Shown: positions 19,201 to 27,678 of the stretch, in pieces
Layout: every line of letters starts with the position of its first letter
Numbering within the stretch: the stretch's first letter is position 1
Virus record (IMG/VR): IMGVR_UViG_3300017744_000057
Location: 1 to 35,068 of that record
DNA: 35,068 nucleotides
Reading direction: 5' to 3' (one strand)
Origin: a virus
Lineage: Duplodnaviria; Caudoviricetes
The notes under the pieces: model-generated
What the model was told of the DNA's origin: nothing
The model's database searches: none
What the model saw: the letters and a program-made list of their open reading frames with translations, nothing else
Translations under genes and position numbers: made by a program

Positions 19201-19268
19201 GAACGGTCGATTTCCTCAATTCGGATACCGGGTGAAATAAATTTAAAGTTTTTTGCTGAAACTGCCAT
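16239..19268 (-). CDS. gp18: Tail sheath protein (1009 aa)
   Basis: FISPGIRIEEIDRS, G.AARGP, SSYAATYYPW, WFAPAGFNRG, VNPIATFP..G.VIFGQKTL, LDRINVRRL, KPARAIEYI. Confidence 0.95.
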   Translation of the reverse strand: MAVSAKNFKFISPGIRIEEIDRSQIPADEPAIGACVIGRAARGPAFSPVEVRSFSDFVATFGEPVAGGTGGDVWREGNYTSPMYATYAAQSWLRNGEALTFVRTLGVESDNKTTGGEAGWKVGTADFDSSYNAGTNAGGAYGLAVWASGTMEAAAGLTGSIAAVWYLEEGSVFLSGTSLGPDFSPMSRTSTVLFMGSANEKFKVSFETGSNLPSGTFEFDFNKGSSTYIRNVFNTDPTLLGRQGAANGEVSYFLGETYETSVPDSSTGYFAAIVGLGTGSIGTGDNEVNDVVYHDVRKGALESSTYSKSGWFLSQDTSADTASWDTDNEANNITNGRVKKLFRLVGLDAGEWTQQNLKVSVSNIRASINEDVNPYGTFDVTVRRLRDSDDNVQTVERFSGCNLNPNSDDYILNKIGDKYNTFDEGSNRVIEKGEYENRSKYIRVELNPEFEAGGMQGLSPFGVTGPTKFVGTSYSPANGSGSLPDQETNGILGGLGLRVMSTDADGGYGGGFILSGSDVHVGGGFTVNFPSATTRSSTSNLEDFRIAHFGALPTPDKSDNFKADTVDLVRTKPFNVSSQYDAVDSVLQYQFITFLDNVVISGSDLNASTTNLAASASVLIYDTSSRAGGYSLSTTGSYPSNFNAGPTADHGTYKSVLNAGAGNLTTLFFGGTDGFDITKSDPLAQNDIASLSINDRFSSYEMFTYYRAIETVRNPEQISYNVLSVPGLINESLIDQMVANTAERADALAVFDIPFGYIPRHERLYSSVSTFNLNVDSNGDLTQAVNEVKSRKYNSSYAATYYPWVKIRDGINAKDVWVPPSIAALGAMSYTDRVQAPWFAPAGFNRGGLSSGVSGLPVVSTALKLFKDDRDDLYEIGVNPIATFPNEGVVIFGQKTLQVERSALDRINVRRLLVFLKRGISRISNGVLFEPNVPDTWNNFKNQAIPFLNDVKTRFGLTDYKLVLDETTTTPDLIDQNILYAKLFIKPARAIEYIALDFIITNTGASFDD

Positions 19269-19300
19269 GTGTTAAAACTCCCTGCACAAATAGTCTATTG

Positions 19301-19308
19301 TAAATAGT
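19301..19308 (-). promoter_or_regulatory. Candidate late promoter ACTATTTA
   Basis: Intergenic before the sheath gene, with a near-copy ACTATTTG at 19287-19294. Confidence 0.65.
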
Positions 19309-19327
19309 TTTTGGAAAGCCAAAATGC

Positions 19328-20176
19328 TTATTGTCTAAAGAAACCATCGTCGTTGTTAGGGTTTTTCTCTTGAAGTGAAGACCTCTCTCTAGTAAATCTG
19401 ACCTTGGCGGCTGATTCGCGACCAACAACAAAAGGAGTGTCTTGATTTATTCCATCGGCGGTGATATACCCTAAAACTTTTATTTTGATTTGTGAATCAA
19501 ATTTCTTTTCTTCGCCACCCAAATTTGAGGCATTACTGCTAATTGAGTAATCATCCTCAATAAAAGCTTCAAATTTATGATTTTCATACTCTACTAAGAA
19601 TTGATTGATTCCACCTGTGAATCTTTGAAAAGGCAATAAAACCTCATTTAACTGTTGAATATAATCAGTTCTAATTTTAATTGTGTAATTCATGTTTAAG
19701 AATACTGGATAACCAGTGTAAAGTGTCTCATAGACTACCGCACTTGATTCAAATGGAAGCTTAAAGGTATCCTGTGTTTGTTTTGTGTATTTTTTAGCCT
19801 CTGCATTTTGGAAGTTTTGTGTTTTATCTTTTACAACTCTTCTATAAAGAGGGAAGGCTCCTCTTTTTCTATCCATCTGAGCGAAAATGTTGCCTGGAAT
19901 AACTCTCTCATTTGCACTAGTCTTTGAAACTGAAGTTCTTTCTACAACCATGGCTGGGTAAATGATTGCCTGTGAATCAATTTCTCTTAACTCTTTATTA
20001 TCTTTTACTTGGAAAGCTCTCTCTGCGGTAATCCAAATGATTGGAACCTTTCTACGACCTTCGTTAGAATCTGTGTAGATGTCCAGCTTTTCGTTTAGCC
20101 AATTATATAGAGCAAAATCAACCGTCTCTAGAGTTGATGGGCTAAGTGTTTTTTGTTTTGTAGACTTATTCGGCAT
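19328..20176 (-). CDS. gp15: Tail completion / sheath terminator protein (gp15-like)
   Basis: Lies between neck and sheath genes. KVPIIW..AER, YPAM...R, PVFLNMNY.I.I, IKVLGYI. Confidence 0.65.
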   Translation of the reverse strand: MPNKSTKQKTLSPSTLETVDFALYNWLNEKLDIYTDSNEGRRKVPIIWITAERAFQVKDNKELREIDSQAIIYPAMVVERTSVSKTSANERVIPGNIFAQMDRKRGAFPLYRRVVKDKTQNFQNAEAKKYTKQTQDTFKLPFESSAVVYETLYTGYPVFLNMNYTIKIRTDYIQQLNEVLLPFQRFTGGINQFLVEYENHKFEAFIEDDYSISSNASNLGGEEKKFDSQIKIKVLGYITADGINQDTPFVVGRESAAKVRFTRERSSLQEKNPNNDDGFFRQ

Positions 20177-20660
20177 TAAACTTACCCTTCCTTGCTCTTA
20201 TACATTTAGCTTCAATCTCGTAGCGATAATCAATTTGCCCAAATAGTTGTTTTGGTTCATTTAATTCTGCAATTTCATAGAAGATATCTCCATAAAGAAC
20301 AAAGTCACCTTCTCTCACAAAAACATTTTGGTCCTCGCCCAATCTTCTTTTATGAAATTTTACATTAATAGTTGCTTTCTTATCCACACCAAAATCTGAT
20401 GTTTCTGTTAAAATCCCTTCAAAAGTTACAAGAGCATATACTCTAATAGGTGGTAGGAATGTCTTCTCAATCGCCTCACCATAAAGTGGATGATAGTTTG
20501 AATGCTCAATACTTAGAGGATAATAAGCAACTGGTTGGGCTACAACTCGATCTGTGACTTCATCAGTTATTTGTTTAACAAAGTCTCTTTCCTTCTTGTT
20601 AAAGAAGACTGGACCGGGTGGGGCTGCGGGCTGTTCCCATTTATCTTTTGGATCTGGCAT
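20166..20660 (-). CDS. gp14: Neck / head-closure protein (gp14-like)
   Basis: GQ-like VAYYP, HPLYGEA..K.F, FG.D, REGDFV, FYEI. Follows the gp13-like gene. Confidence 0.7.
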   Translation of the reverse strand: MPDPKDKWEQPAAPPGPVFFNKKERDFVKQITDEVTDRVVAQPVAYYPLSIEHSNYHPLYGEAIEKTFLPPIRVYALVTFEGILTETSDFGVDKKATINVKFHKRRLGEDQNVFVREGDFVLYGDIFYEIAELNEPKQLFGQIDYRYEIEAKCIRARKGKFNAE

Positions 20661-20665
20661 TTATT

Positions 20666-21928
20666 TTATCCTTGGAAAATTGGCATTGGTACCTTTGCAA
20701 AAATTTCGTCGTTTGTTTTAACCAACTCAGCATCCTTTTTAGATAGTTCAACATAAGTTAACTGATCTAAGATTCCATTAAGTTCTGTTTTTAAGGCATC
20801 TTTCTCCGAGGATGCTTGGCTTAATAGGTCTCCAGAGTTTAAGCTTACTGTATCGCCTGGAATTGGCACAGAACCGCCGAACTTACCTCTAATCTGCCCT
20901 AACATCTCTTTAGTAAGAGCAAGGGCATAGCGACGAATCCACTGCTTGCCAATAGAGTTAATATTTGTATAACCAATATTATTAAATGGTAGGGTATTCA
21001 TATTGTTGACCCCATCCATACCTTCTTTACGAGTTGAGTCTTCGTCGTAAGCTCCGCCGTCTACATAAAACCTAAACCAAAATCTATCTGGTGTCGCACC
21101 ACTTTCTGGAACTGGAAAAAGCCTGAGCCTATTATCGATTAATTCGAATGAAAAATGACTTACCCTTGTGTAGAGGGAATCTTCATATGCCATAGCTTGT
21201 GCCTTATTTTGCCAAGTTGGCACTACTTCAAATGTTGAATCGTCAGAGTATTGTCCATAAGTTGATAAGTTTCCAATAACATTAAGAGCACCATAGTAAG
21301 CAAAAAATCTCCACATATTAAATGGAGTTTTATACCAAACATTTGTAATTGTTGCTCTTTGGTTATTTGTTATAACATCTGGAAAGCTTGATGAGATTAT
21401 TTCTTGCAAATCATAATCTTGTACAGATCCAGTTGGAACAAAGCTAGCTGAATAGTGACGGACATCTCCGTTTGTTCCTGCATATTTTGCTAAGCCCCTA
21501 GCTACTCTCACTGGATAAGTTAATTTAAATTTAGGATATTTAAGTTCTGCTTGTATGTTTTGAGCATCTCCAGCAATTGGATTACCATTATGGTCAAAAC
21601 TAGCCGTTGCAGAGCCTAGGACATTCGACAAGGCATTTTTAGCTTGATGTAGGTTAATGATGTAGGAATACTCTAAAACGGCTTCCTCGTAGGCAGCAAA
21701 CACATTTCCTTCAGTTAGTTCAATATCTAAAACATCGCCACCTAATTTCTTATAAGTAAATGCTACTTGATCGGATGCGCCTGATGCGAAATACTGTGAC
21801 TCAAGTGGACCCCCTGATCCGTATATACCAAAGGGATAACTAAATGTAAATGCTGTGCTAGCTAGTGATGACGAAGACAAAATGTTCGTTGGTGTTGAAC
21901 TAGCCGGTGTTAAAGTTGGTTGACTCAT
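20666..21928 (-). CDS. gp13: Neck / head-tail adaptor protein (gp13-like)
   Basis: KLGGDVLDIEL, WIRRYALALTKEMLGQIRGKF, PIPG..V.LN. Confidence 0.8.
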   Translation of the reverse strand: MSQPTLTPASSTPTNILSSSSLASTAFTFSYPFGIYGSGGPLESQYFASGASDQVAFTYKKLGGDVLDIELTEGNVFAAYEEAVLEYSYIINLHQAKNALSNVLGSATASFDHNGNPIAGDAQNIQAELKYPKFKLTYPVRVARGLAKYAGTNGDVRHYSASFVPTGSVQDYDLQEIISSSFPDVITNNQRATITNVWYKTPFNMWRFFAYYGALNVIGNLSTYGQYSDDSTFEVVPTWQNKAQAMAYEDSLYTRVSHFSFELIDNRLRLFPVPESGATPDRFWFRFYVDGGAYDEDSTRKEGMDGVNNMNTLPFNNIGYTNINSIGKQWIRRYALALTKEMLGQIRGKFGGSVPIPGDTVSLNSGDLLSQASSEKDALKTELNGILDQLTYVELSKKDAELVKTNDEIFAKVPMPIFQG

Positions 21929-21950
21929 TAATGTCGTTCTCCTACATTAT

Positions 21951-21958
21951 TAAATAGT
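21951..21958 (-). promoter_or_regulatory. Candidate late promoter ACTATTTA
   Basis: Immediately after a terminator and before the gp13 SD (AGGAG). Confidence 0.68.
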
Positions 21959-21961
21959 TCA

Positions 21962-21998
21962 ATAAAAGAAGACCTCCCAGTTTTCACTGGGAGGTCTT
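21962..21998 (-). terminator. Intrinsic terminator after the 169-aa gene
   Basis: 13-bp stem AAGACCTCCCAGT/ACTGGGAGGTCTT with a GAAA loop, then CTTTTATT. Confidence 0.85.
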
Positions 21999-22031
21999 GT
22001 ATAAAGCCGTAAGTAATTAATTAATTATTAA

Positions 22032-22541
22032 TTAAGTTGTTGTTACTGAACCACTGACTCCGCTCGCATCTACATACCATTTGCGAACACCTTCGGCATC
22101 TTTGCCAGTCCAAACTTCTACGATGTCGCCATCAAGAAGCACCGAACCAGAAATGATTACATTTGTTGTGTCAGGTAGTCTATCAGTACCTAGACCGGCT
22201 CTCATATAAATAATGAAAGGCTTTGAGGCTGGGGTAGTTAGACCATCGTCTGCTGAACCAGAAATAATGATATCCTGGTTTGCGACTCCTGTTGTAGATC
22301 CACTTGTCATAACAAACTTACAATTCCAACCATCACCAGCAGTTGCTAGTAGTGGCAATTGAATTGTTGTGGATGACGTTTGGACCGCAGACTTGCCTAG
22401 AACATTACCGCCAGCAAAAACGAAAAATGTTTTGCCGCAATCTAGTTCATTAAGTACTACTGTGTCGCCTCCAAAAACTCCGCTGCCTGATAATATTTCG
22501 ACAGCAACTCTCTTCGACATTGAAAAACCATTCTTAGCCAT
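22032..22541 (-). CDS. Putative capsid decoration / structural protein (169 aa)
   Basis: Directly after MCP, with its own late-promoter motif, AAGGAG SD and terminator. Beta-rich Gly/Ser/Thr composition. Confidence 0.55.
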   Translation of the reverse strand: MAKNGFSMSKRVAVEILSGSGVFGGDTVVLNELDCGKTFFVFAGGNVLGKSAVQTSSTTIQLPLLATAGDGWNCKFVMTSGSTTGVANQDIIISGSADDGLTTPASKPFIIYMRAGLGTDRLPDTTNVIISGSVLLDGDIVEVWTGKDAEGVRKWYVDASGVSGSVTTT

Positions 22542-22591
22542 GATTTATTTTCTCCTTATTTAATATTCGCCTTTTAGGCTTTATACATTAA

Positions 22592-22599
22592 TAAATAGT
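22592..22599 (-). promoter_or_regulatory. Candidate late promoter ACTATTTA
   Basis: Intergenic, just downstream of the MCP terminator. Confidence 0.65.
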
Positions 22600-22605
22600 C
22601 TCCCC

Positions 22606-22648
22606 AAAAAGAAGATTCCCCGCTGAGTCAAAAACCCAACGGGGAACC
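22606..22648 (-). terminator. Intrinsic terminator after the major capsid gene
   Basis: Minus strand GGTTCCCCGTTGGGT-loop-ACTCAGCGGGGAATC (with G-U pairs), followed by TTCTTTTT. Confidence 0.8.
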
Positions 22649-22671
22649 TAATTTTAACTACACTTAGTTAA

Positions 22672-24408
22672 TTAGCCAATAAGATCTTGGCAGATAACTA
22701 GTCCGTACATGTCTGGACGAACCATCTTCTTGGCGTAGCGAGTCATGACGCCCTTACGGGGTACAAAGTCCTCGACACCGAAGATAGTTGGTGTGACCTG
22801 TAGTGGGACATATGGAGCATAGACATAGCCACTCTCAAGGAAGCTATTGCCACGACGACCAACTAAAATCACAGTACGTGGGAAGTATGGATCGACGTAA
22901 ACATCAAACTTCTTGCTCATGGCACCTACTTTAACAGCACCAATCTGTCCACCCTTTAGCTCTTCGTGGTTTACGGTTGCGCGGAAACCAGCGGTGAACT
23001 CTAGGAGGTTGGCAACTTCTGGGGAGCAAACTACGAAGTTAGCACCACCGCGAAGTGTCTTTCTGTGGATGTTAGCTGAAATATCATTGATAGTCTCTGC
23101 TAATGTCTCATACCACTCAGAAACAGTACCTGTGAAGTCAGGAGCAGCACTTGTTGCACCGACCTGAACACCTGTGTCACGGTTAACGAATTTACCGGGA
23201 CGGCGGCTCCAGTACTTTTTACCAGCAGTAGCACCTTGGATGAGGTCGTTCAAGATTTCCTGATCGATCTCTAAAGCAACTTGCTCAGAAAGAATACCTG
23301 TAAGCTCAACCTCAGCATCGAGGTTGTGGTAAGCATTGAGATCCTGAGCTAGCTCTGGAGTCCACTTAGCTTTGAGCTTCTTAGTGGTAGCTGTAACAGC
23401 AATTGAGTCAACTTTGATGTCAATCTCTGGGATTGCAAAGTTCTGACCACCTAGATCAGTGCTTGTGAAGCTTGAGCCGTCACCAGCACCCTCTTTGAAG
23501 AGGTCTAGAGTTAGAGCACCATTTGCAAAACCGGAGTTTTCAGATGTATCCTCTTTAACATATGTCATTTCTGCTTCAATGATTGTAGCAGTGGCACTGC
23601 CAGCAACAACGAGAGAGATGAAATCTGTACCGCCACTGGTGACGATTTTTGTTAGTCTTCTAACCTGTGAGCCAGTTACCTGACCTTCAGCGGCAGTAAT
23701 TGAGTTTAAAACTCTCTTATTAAGACCAGTGAATGCAGACAACTCATATGTCTTTTCCATAACCTTGAATGTTGGGTTATCTTCAAGATTCTTGAGAAGA
23801 TCTGGATCGTTATCTAAACGAGCCTTCTCTGCATCTGTTAAGGAACCAAAAACCACACCACTGGACAAGTTACCGGTAGTGCCGGTTGTTGTACCAGCAG
23901 CGGAGTTAATTGTACCAGTTGGTGATGAGTAGCCAGTCTGGAGACCATATGGAGCCTTCTCGGCACCGTTAAGACCATTGAGGTTAACACCGCCAGTGAC
24001 CTGAGCACCAACGACTTGACCACCATAAACTGAGTTTTCAGCCTCGTATCCACCGAGACCAGTGGTTGATGAAAACTTGAAGTCCAAGAAGAAAATGAGA
24101 CCACTTGGTAGGCTCATTGGCTGGACTGAAACGAGTTCGTTAGCGATTAAGCCACCGAATACTCTACGAACGATTGGGAATGCGACGGCTGCGAAGCCCT
24201 CAACATCACCAGCACTCATGGATGAAGCTTCACGGAGAAGCTCTTTAGCTTGGTTTTCTAAGAGACGAGCCATCCCGCTCTTAGTTCTTTCGTTATTTAG
24301 ACCTTCTAAAAGACCAGTCTTCTCCCACTTGTTGAGAAGAGCAGCACCTTCGGCTTGGAGGTCACGATTAACGATATCTTTTGTTAAACTTTCTACGATA
24401 GTTGACAT
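22672..24408 (-). CDS. gp23: Major capsid protein (T4 gp23-like)
   Basis: LLENQ, FPIVRR, VSVQPMSLPSGLIF, KLKAKWTPELAQDL.AYH..DAE.EL..ILS..V.LEID.E, YAPYVPL, PRKGVMTRY. SD AAAGGAGG. Confidence 0.97.
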   Translation of the reverse strand: MSTIVESLTKDIVNRDLQAEGAALLNKWEKTGLLEGLNNERTKSGMARLLENQAKELLREASSMSAGDVEGFAAVAFPIVRRVFGGLIANELVSVQPMSLPSGLIFFLDFKFSSTTGLGGYEAENSVYGGQVVGAQVTGGVNLNGLNGAEKAPYGLQTGYSSPTGTINSAAGTTTGTTGNLSSGVVFGSLTDAEKARLDNDPDLLKNLEDNPTFKVMEKTYELSAFTGLNKRVLNSITAAEGQVTGSQVRRLTKIVTSGGTDFISLVVAGSATATIIEAEMTYVKEDTSENSGFANGALTLDLFKEGAGDGSSFTSTDLGGQNFAIPEIDIKVDSIAVTATTKKLKAKWTPELAQDLNAYHNLDAEVELTGILSEQVALEIDQEILNDLIQGATAGKKYWSRRPGKFVNRDTGVQVGATSAAPDFTGTVSEWYETLAETINDISANIHRKTLRGGANFVVCSPEVANLLEFTAGFRATVNHEELKGGQIGAVKVGAMSKKFDVYVDPYFPRTVILVGRRGNSFLESGYVYAPYVPLQVTPTIFGVEDFVPRKGVMTRYAKKMVRPDMYGLVICQDLIG

Positions 24409-24428
24409 TGTTTATCCTCCTTTATTAA

Positions 24429-25709
24429 TTACAAGTCAAGCCCTGCTAGCTTTTTCATTCGGCTAGCAAAGTTATCAGAGGGTTTAGCCTCCTTTGTCCC
24501 CTTTATGAAAAGGGGATGCTTGCGTCGTGTAACTGCCTCACTCAGTGATTCTGGTCCTCTCTTAGAGGTACTCTCCACTGTGTTTACGAGAGTTTCGTAC
24601 ACAATTTTAGCTTCGTTTACACTATCAGTATTTTCGATGGATTCGGCAATCTTATTTTTCTGTCGAATATTAAGTTTATCATCGGATAAAACTTTGTTGG
24701 TGTAAACCAATTTAGCATTCATTAACTGAGATTCTTCAAAGGCTCCTTTGAGTTCTTTAACTTTCTCAAGTAATGATGCATATTTGTTGTTTAAGTCGCT
24801 GGCTGTTGCTTCAGCGGACTCAAAGTTCTTTTTGTACTCAACACTTTCTTTTAGAACTTTCTTGTTCTCGTTGCTGAGTGATTCGTTCTTCATGTTTAGC
24901 TCTTCGCATTGAGCTTTTAAATCTGCTAGAATGAGATTCATTTCATCTCTTTCTTGAGTTGTTCCAAAGGGGTTACCTTCTTTAACTGATTTGTAATCAA
25001 CCTTAATCATCTCTTCTAAAGTCTCTTCATCTAGCTCTAGTTCTTCTACCTGCATTATGGTGCCCTGCATGGCTTCCTTCTTTGTCTTTTTCTTTCTATG
25101 AGCGGGTGTGCAATGAGCTTCATTCACATCATCTAACTCTGCCAAATACTCTTCATGAGTCATGCCATCGTGGACTTCACTACAACTACTTTCTTTCTTT
25201 TTGCCACCTTTGTTCTCTTTGTCATTATCATCTGGATCGAGCAATTTAGCCTCGTCCATTTCCTCGTCAAGCATTTCTGCTAAAAGTGAATCATCAATCT
25301 CAATTGACTCTGAAAGATTGCGAGTAGTCGGACCAGCTTCTGGGCTTAGCTCGTACTCTGATAATGAGTCTAAGTTAATCTCAATTAGATCACCTTGCTC
25401 TGGGTACTTTGTCTCACCAATAGTCATACCGTCAAAAGCGGCATACTCTAGTTGATCTGGTACTTGGTCATCATCAGCCTTAGCACCTTCGAAGTCTACC
25501 TGTGGTTTGGCTTCACCGCCCATACCCATGTCTAGACCGCCGCCTAAACCAGTATCAGCACCCAAACCTAAATCTTGCTCGATTAGGTTCTCCATCTCTT
25601 CTTTAATTTCTTGAGAATATCTCTCTAAAATAGCCTGTTCGGCATTGCGGCTAGCAACCTTTTTTAGTTGCTCGGCTTCGATAATTGCTTGTTCTAGCAT
25701 AGATGACAT
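24429..25709 (-). CDS. gp22: Prohead core scaffold protein (gp22-like)
   Basis: Very acidic and coiled-coil, ends RMKKLAGL, immediately upstream of MCP. Confidence 0.8.
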   Translation of the reverse strand: MSSMLEQAIIEAEQLKKVASRNAEQAILERYSQEIKEEMENLIEQDLGLGADTGLGGGLDMGMGGEAKPQVDFEGAKADDDQVPDQLEYAAFDGMTIGETKYPEQGDLIEINLDSLSEYELSPEAGPTTRNLSESIEIDDSLLAEMLDEEMDEAKLLDPDDNDKENKGGKKKESSCSEVHDGMTHEEYLAELDDVNEAHCTPAHRKKKTKKEAMQGTIMQVEELELDEETLEEMIKVDYKSVKEGNPFGTTQERDEMNLILADLKAQCEELNMKNESLSNENKKVLKESVEYKKNFESAEATASDLNNKYASLLEKVKELKGAFEESQLMNAKLVYTNKVLSDDKLNIRQKNKIAESIENTDSVNEAKIVYETLVNTVESTSKRGPESLSEAVTRRKHPLFIKGTKEAKPSDNFASRMKKLAGLDL

Positions 25710-25736
25710 TTGTATAACTCCTAAAATGGGCTACAA

Positions 25737-25744
25737 TAAATAGT
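25737..25744 (-). promoter_or_regulatory. Candidate late promoter ACTATTTA
   Basis: Intergenic before the scaffold SD (TAGGAG). Confidence 0.68.
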
Positions 25745-25796
25745 TGTTAAAAGTTTAAAGTGACTAGTAGAGATTGACAGGGTGTGTGTGTCACCA

Positions 25797-26645
25797 TTAT
25801 AACAGTGCTGTTAAGCCTGAATTCGACATTAATGCCTTCGCTAATCGGAAAGACTCGCCATCAGTAAGGGCACGACCTATAACTACAAATTCTCTAATTG
25901 ACCCATTTAAACCAACTGAACCATTGGCTCGGGCTCCCAAATTAGATATTTGTCCATCAAAATCAAAAGAATTAGTTCTATCTTCGTCATTAGAAGCCGC
26001 TGGTGTGATTGGCTCAGAATTAATAAAACCATTTAGTGTGTCATCCGATGTAGAGCGATCGTAGACTCCAACCATCACATTATTGATATTTGGTGTTCTT
26101 TCCGAGGTTGAGAATCGGAAAGATTCGTCTCCAGCACCGCCAATACCAATAAGCATTCGCCTGTCAGTACCGCCTCCATTCGAGGAGTAAGCCATAATCA
26201 AGCCCGCGACGGTGTGATAGTTTGCAGTTCCAAGCTCAAAAATTATACCTGAATCAGTTCCAGCTACTGATGACCGGCTAGTTGAGGCAACAGTAACTGC
26301 TGGGACATCCGATTCGCTTAAGCCCTCTGCTGCCCATTGTAAACACTCATTAGTGGCTGCGAAATTAACTGCTGGTCTACCGTTAATCGCATCAAGAAGA
26401 AAATCTGGTGGGCGAGGGGTGCTAGCATTTTGAGATGGTCCATTGCCTTCTTTTGCTGTCCAAACTGTTACATTAGCACCGTCAGCAACAGAGATGTCAT
26501 CAGCATCTAACCAAGATAACAAATCAGAGCCAGCAATGGCACGGAGAAGACTATCCCCGCCTTTAGCACGGTCAGCAACAGTTTGCTTGCCCGTGGATGT
26601 GGAACTAATAGAACTTGCGGTTTTTCCACCAAACCCACTTCTCAT
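25797..26645 (-). CDS. LamG/concanavalin A-like beta-sandwich protein
   Basis: WLDADD...V..W....GN...Q.....P......INGRPAVNF N-terminus and LGAR...LNGSIREFVV..RALT C-terminus, typical of phage LamG-type domains. Confidence 0.65.
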   Translation of the reverse strand: MRSGFGGKTASSISSTSTGKQTVADRAKGGDSLLRAIAGSDLLSWLDADDISVADGANVTVWTAKEGNGPSQNASTPRPPDFLLDAINGRPAVNFAATNECLQWAAEGLSESDVPAVTVASTSRSSVAGTDSGIIFELGTANYHTVAGLIMAYSSNGGGTDRRMLIGIGGAGDESFRFSTSERTPNINNVMVGVYDRSTSDDTLNGFINSEPITPAASNDEDRTNSFDFDGQISNLGARANGSVGLNGSIREFVVIGRALTDGESFRLAKALMSNSGLTALL

Positions 26646-27053
26646 TTAGCCAATTCCACCGTTGTAAATTGAATCAGAACCAGACCAGTTGTTTGGCAAG
26701 TTCTCAAGTTCAATCATCGTCAAACCGGCAATAACTGATGCTGTTGACGGAGCTTCATCGCCTGCGAGAAAAATACTACTGACTCTAAATTCGCCAGTGT
26801 AAGACTCGCCATTATCTAAAATAAAAAAATGATCATTGTGAGAGACACCAAGAGAACTAAAGCCAACTCTTAACTTAGACGATGAACCGCTGTGTTCGTT
26901 AACTACAGTAACGAACTTAGTTACAGTAGGAAATTCAATCTCTGTAACTGCGGCATTGCTGACAAGAACACTTGCCGTAGCATAAGGAATGCCACTTAAT
27001 TGATACTGCCCTACAGCGTTTAATCCTGGTTTTGCAAATTTAAATTCAGACAT
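26646..27053 (-). CDS. Hypothetical protein, probably structural (135 aa)
   Basis: Compact beta-rich ORF coupled to its neighbours. PGLNAVGQYQLSGIPY, FPTVTKFVTV.N, LRVGFS. Confidence 0.7.
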   Translation of the reverse strand: MSEFKFAKPGLNAVGQYQLSGIPYATASVLVSNAAVTEIEFPTVTKFVTVVNEHSGSSSKLRVGFSSLGVSHNDHFFILDNGESYTGEFRVSSIFLAGDEAPSTASVIAGLTMIELENLPNNWSGSDSIYNGGIG

Positions 27054-27055
27054 TT

Positions 27056-27289
27056 TTAATCCCTATTTCCTCTAACAACCTTATTTTGTTCTTGGTTTGC
27101 TTTCTTAATTAGTTTCTTTCTTCTAATTCTTTCTTTTCTTTTCTTATCAGAGGGCTTTTGATAATATCGTCTTTCTCTTACCTCTTGGATGATTCCAGAC
27201 TTCTTAACTGCCCTACTAAATTTTTTAATTAGAACCTCACCGGGCATGTTACCTCTAGCAACTACCTCAACATTTTTAGTTCTGCTCAT
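27056..27289 (-). CDS. rpsU: Phage-encoded 30S ribosomal protein bS21
   Basis: V.V.....E.LIKKF.R.V.KSGI..EVRERRYYQKPS.KKR matches the bS21 signature (L..FKR....G...E.R.R..YEKPS). Confidence 0.9.
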   Translation of the reverse strand: MSRTKNVEVVARGNMPGEVLIKKFSRAVKKSGIIQEVRERRYYQKPSDKKRKERIRRKKLIKKANQEQNKVVRGNRD

Positions 27290-27678
27290 TTTAACCTCTC
27301 GTTAATTGCTCCCCATTTGCCCACTCCTGGGATATTAGATATATCAACACCTTTATCTCCTGGGTCTGTGCCAGCCATTGGGGCTCCTGAAGCTTTCGAT
27401 TCTCTAAGAGCTTCTGTGCCTTCAAAGGGATCAAAATCTGTTCCTATTTTACCAGCAATGGCTGCTCTCATTTTCTGTCTAGTCTCAGTTAACTGTTTAT
27501 TTTCTTTTCTCGGCTCTTTGACAAATTTTGTAAAAGGTTTTTCCTCTTTAACAACTTGTTTAGTTGGTGAGCCTTGTGCTTCTCTAATAATAGAGGACAG
27601 GACACCATCTTCAAAAATAATTTCTTTGATACACTCTTTAATAAGAGGTTTTAATACTTTTCTTAATTTTTCACTCAT
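27286..27678 (-). CDS. Hypothetical head-module protein (130 aa)
   Basis: Coupled by ATGA overlaps to the protease and bS21 genes. N-terminal LKPLIKECIKEII. Confidence 0.75.
   Translation of the reverse strand: MSEKLRKVLKPLIKECIKEIIFEDGVLSSIIREAQGSPTKQVVKEEKPFTKFVKEPRKENKQLTETRQKMRAAIAGKIGTDFDPFEGTEALRESKASGAPMAGTDPGDKGVDISNIPGVGKWGAINERLK

Noticed and set aside
22012-22034. AT-only run TAATTAATTAATTATTAATTAA
   Set aside because: Short low-complexity spacer between a stop codon and a terminator. There is no evidence for an origin or iterons.
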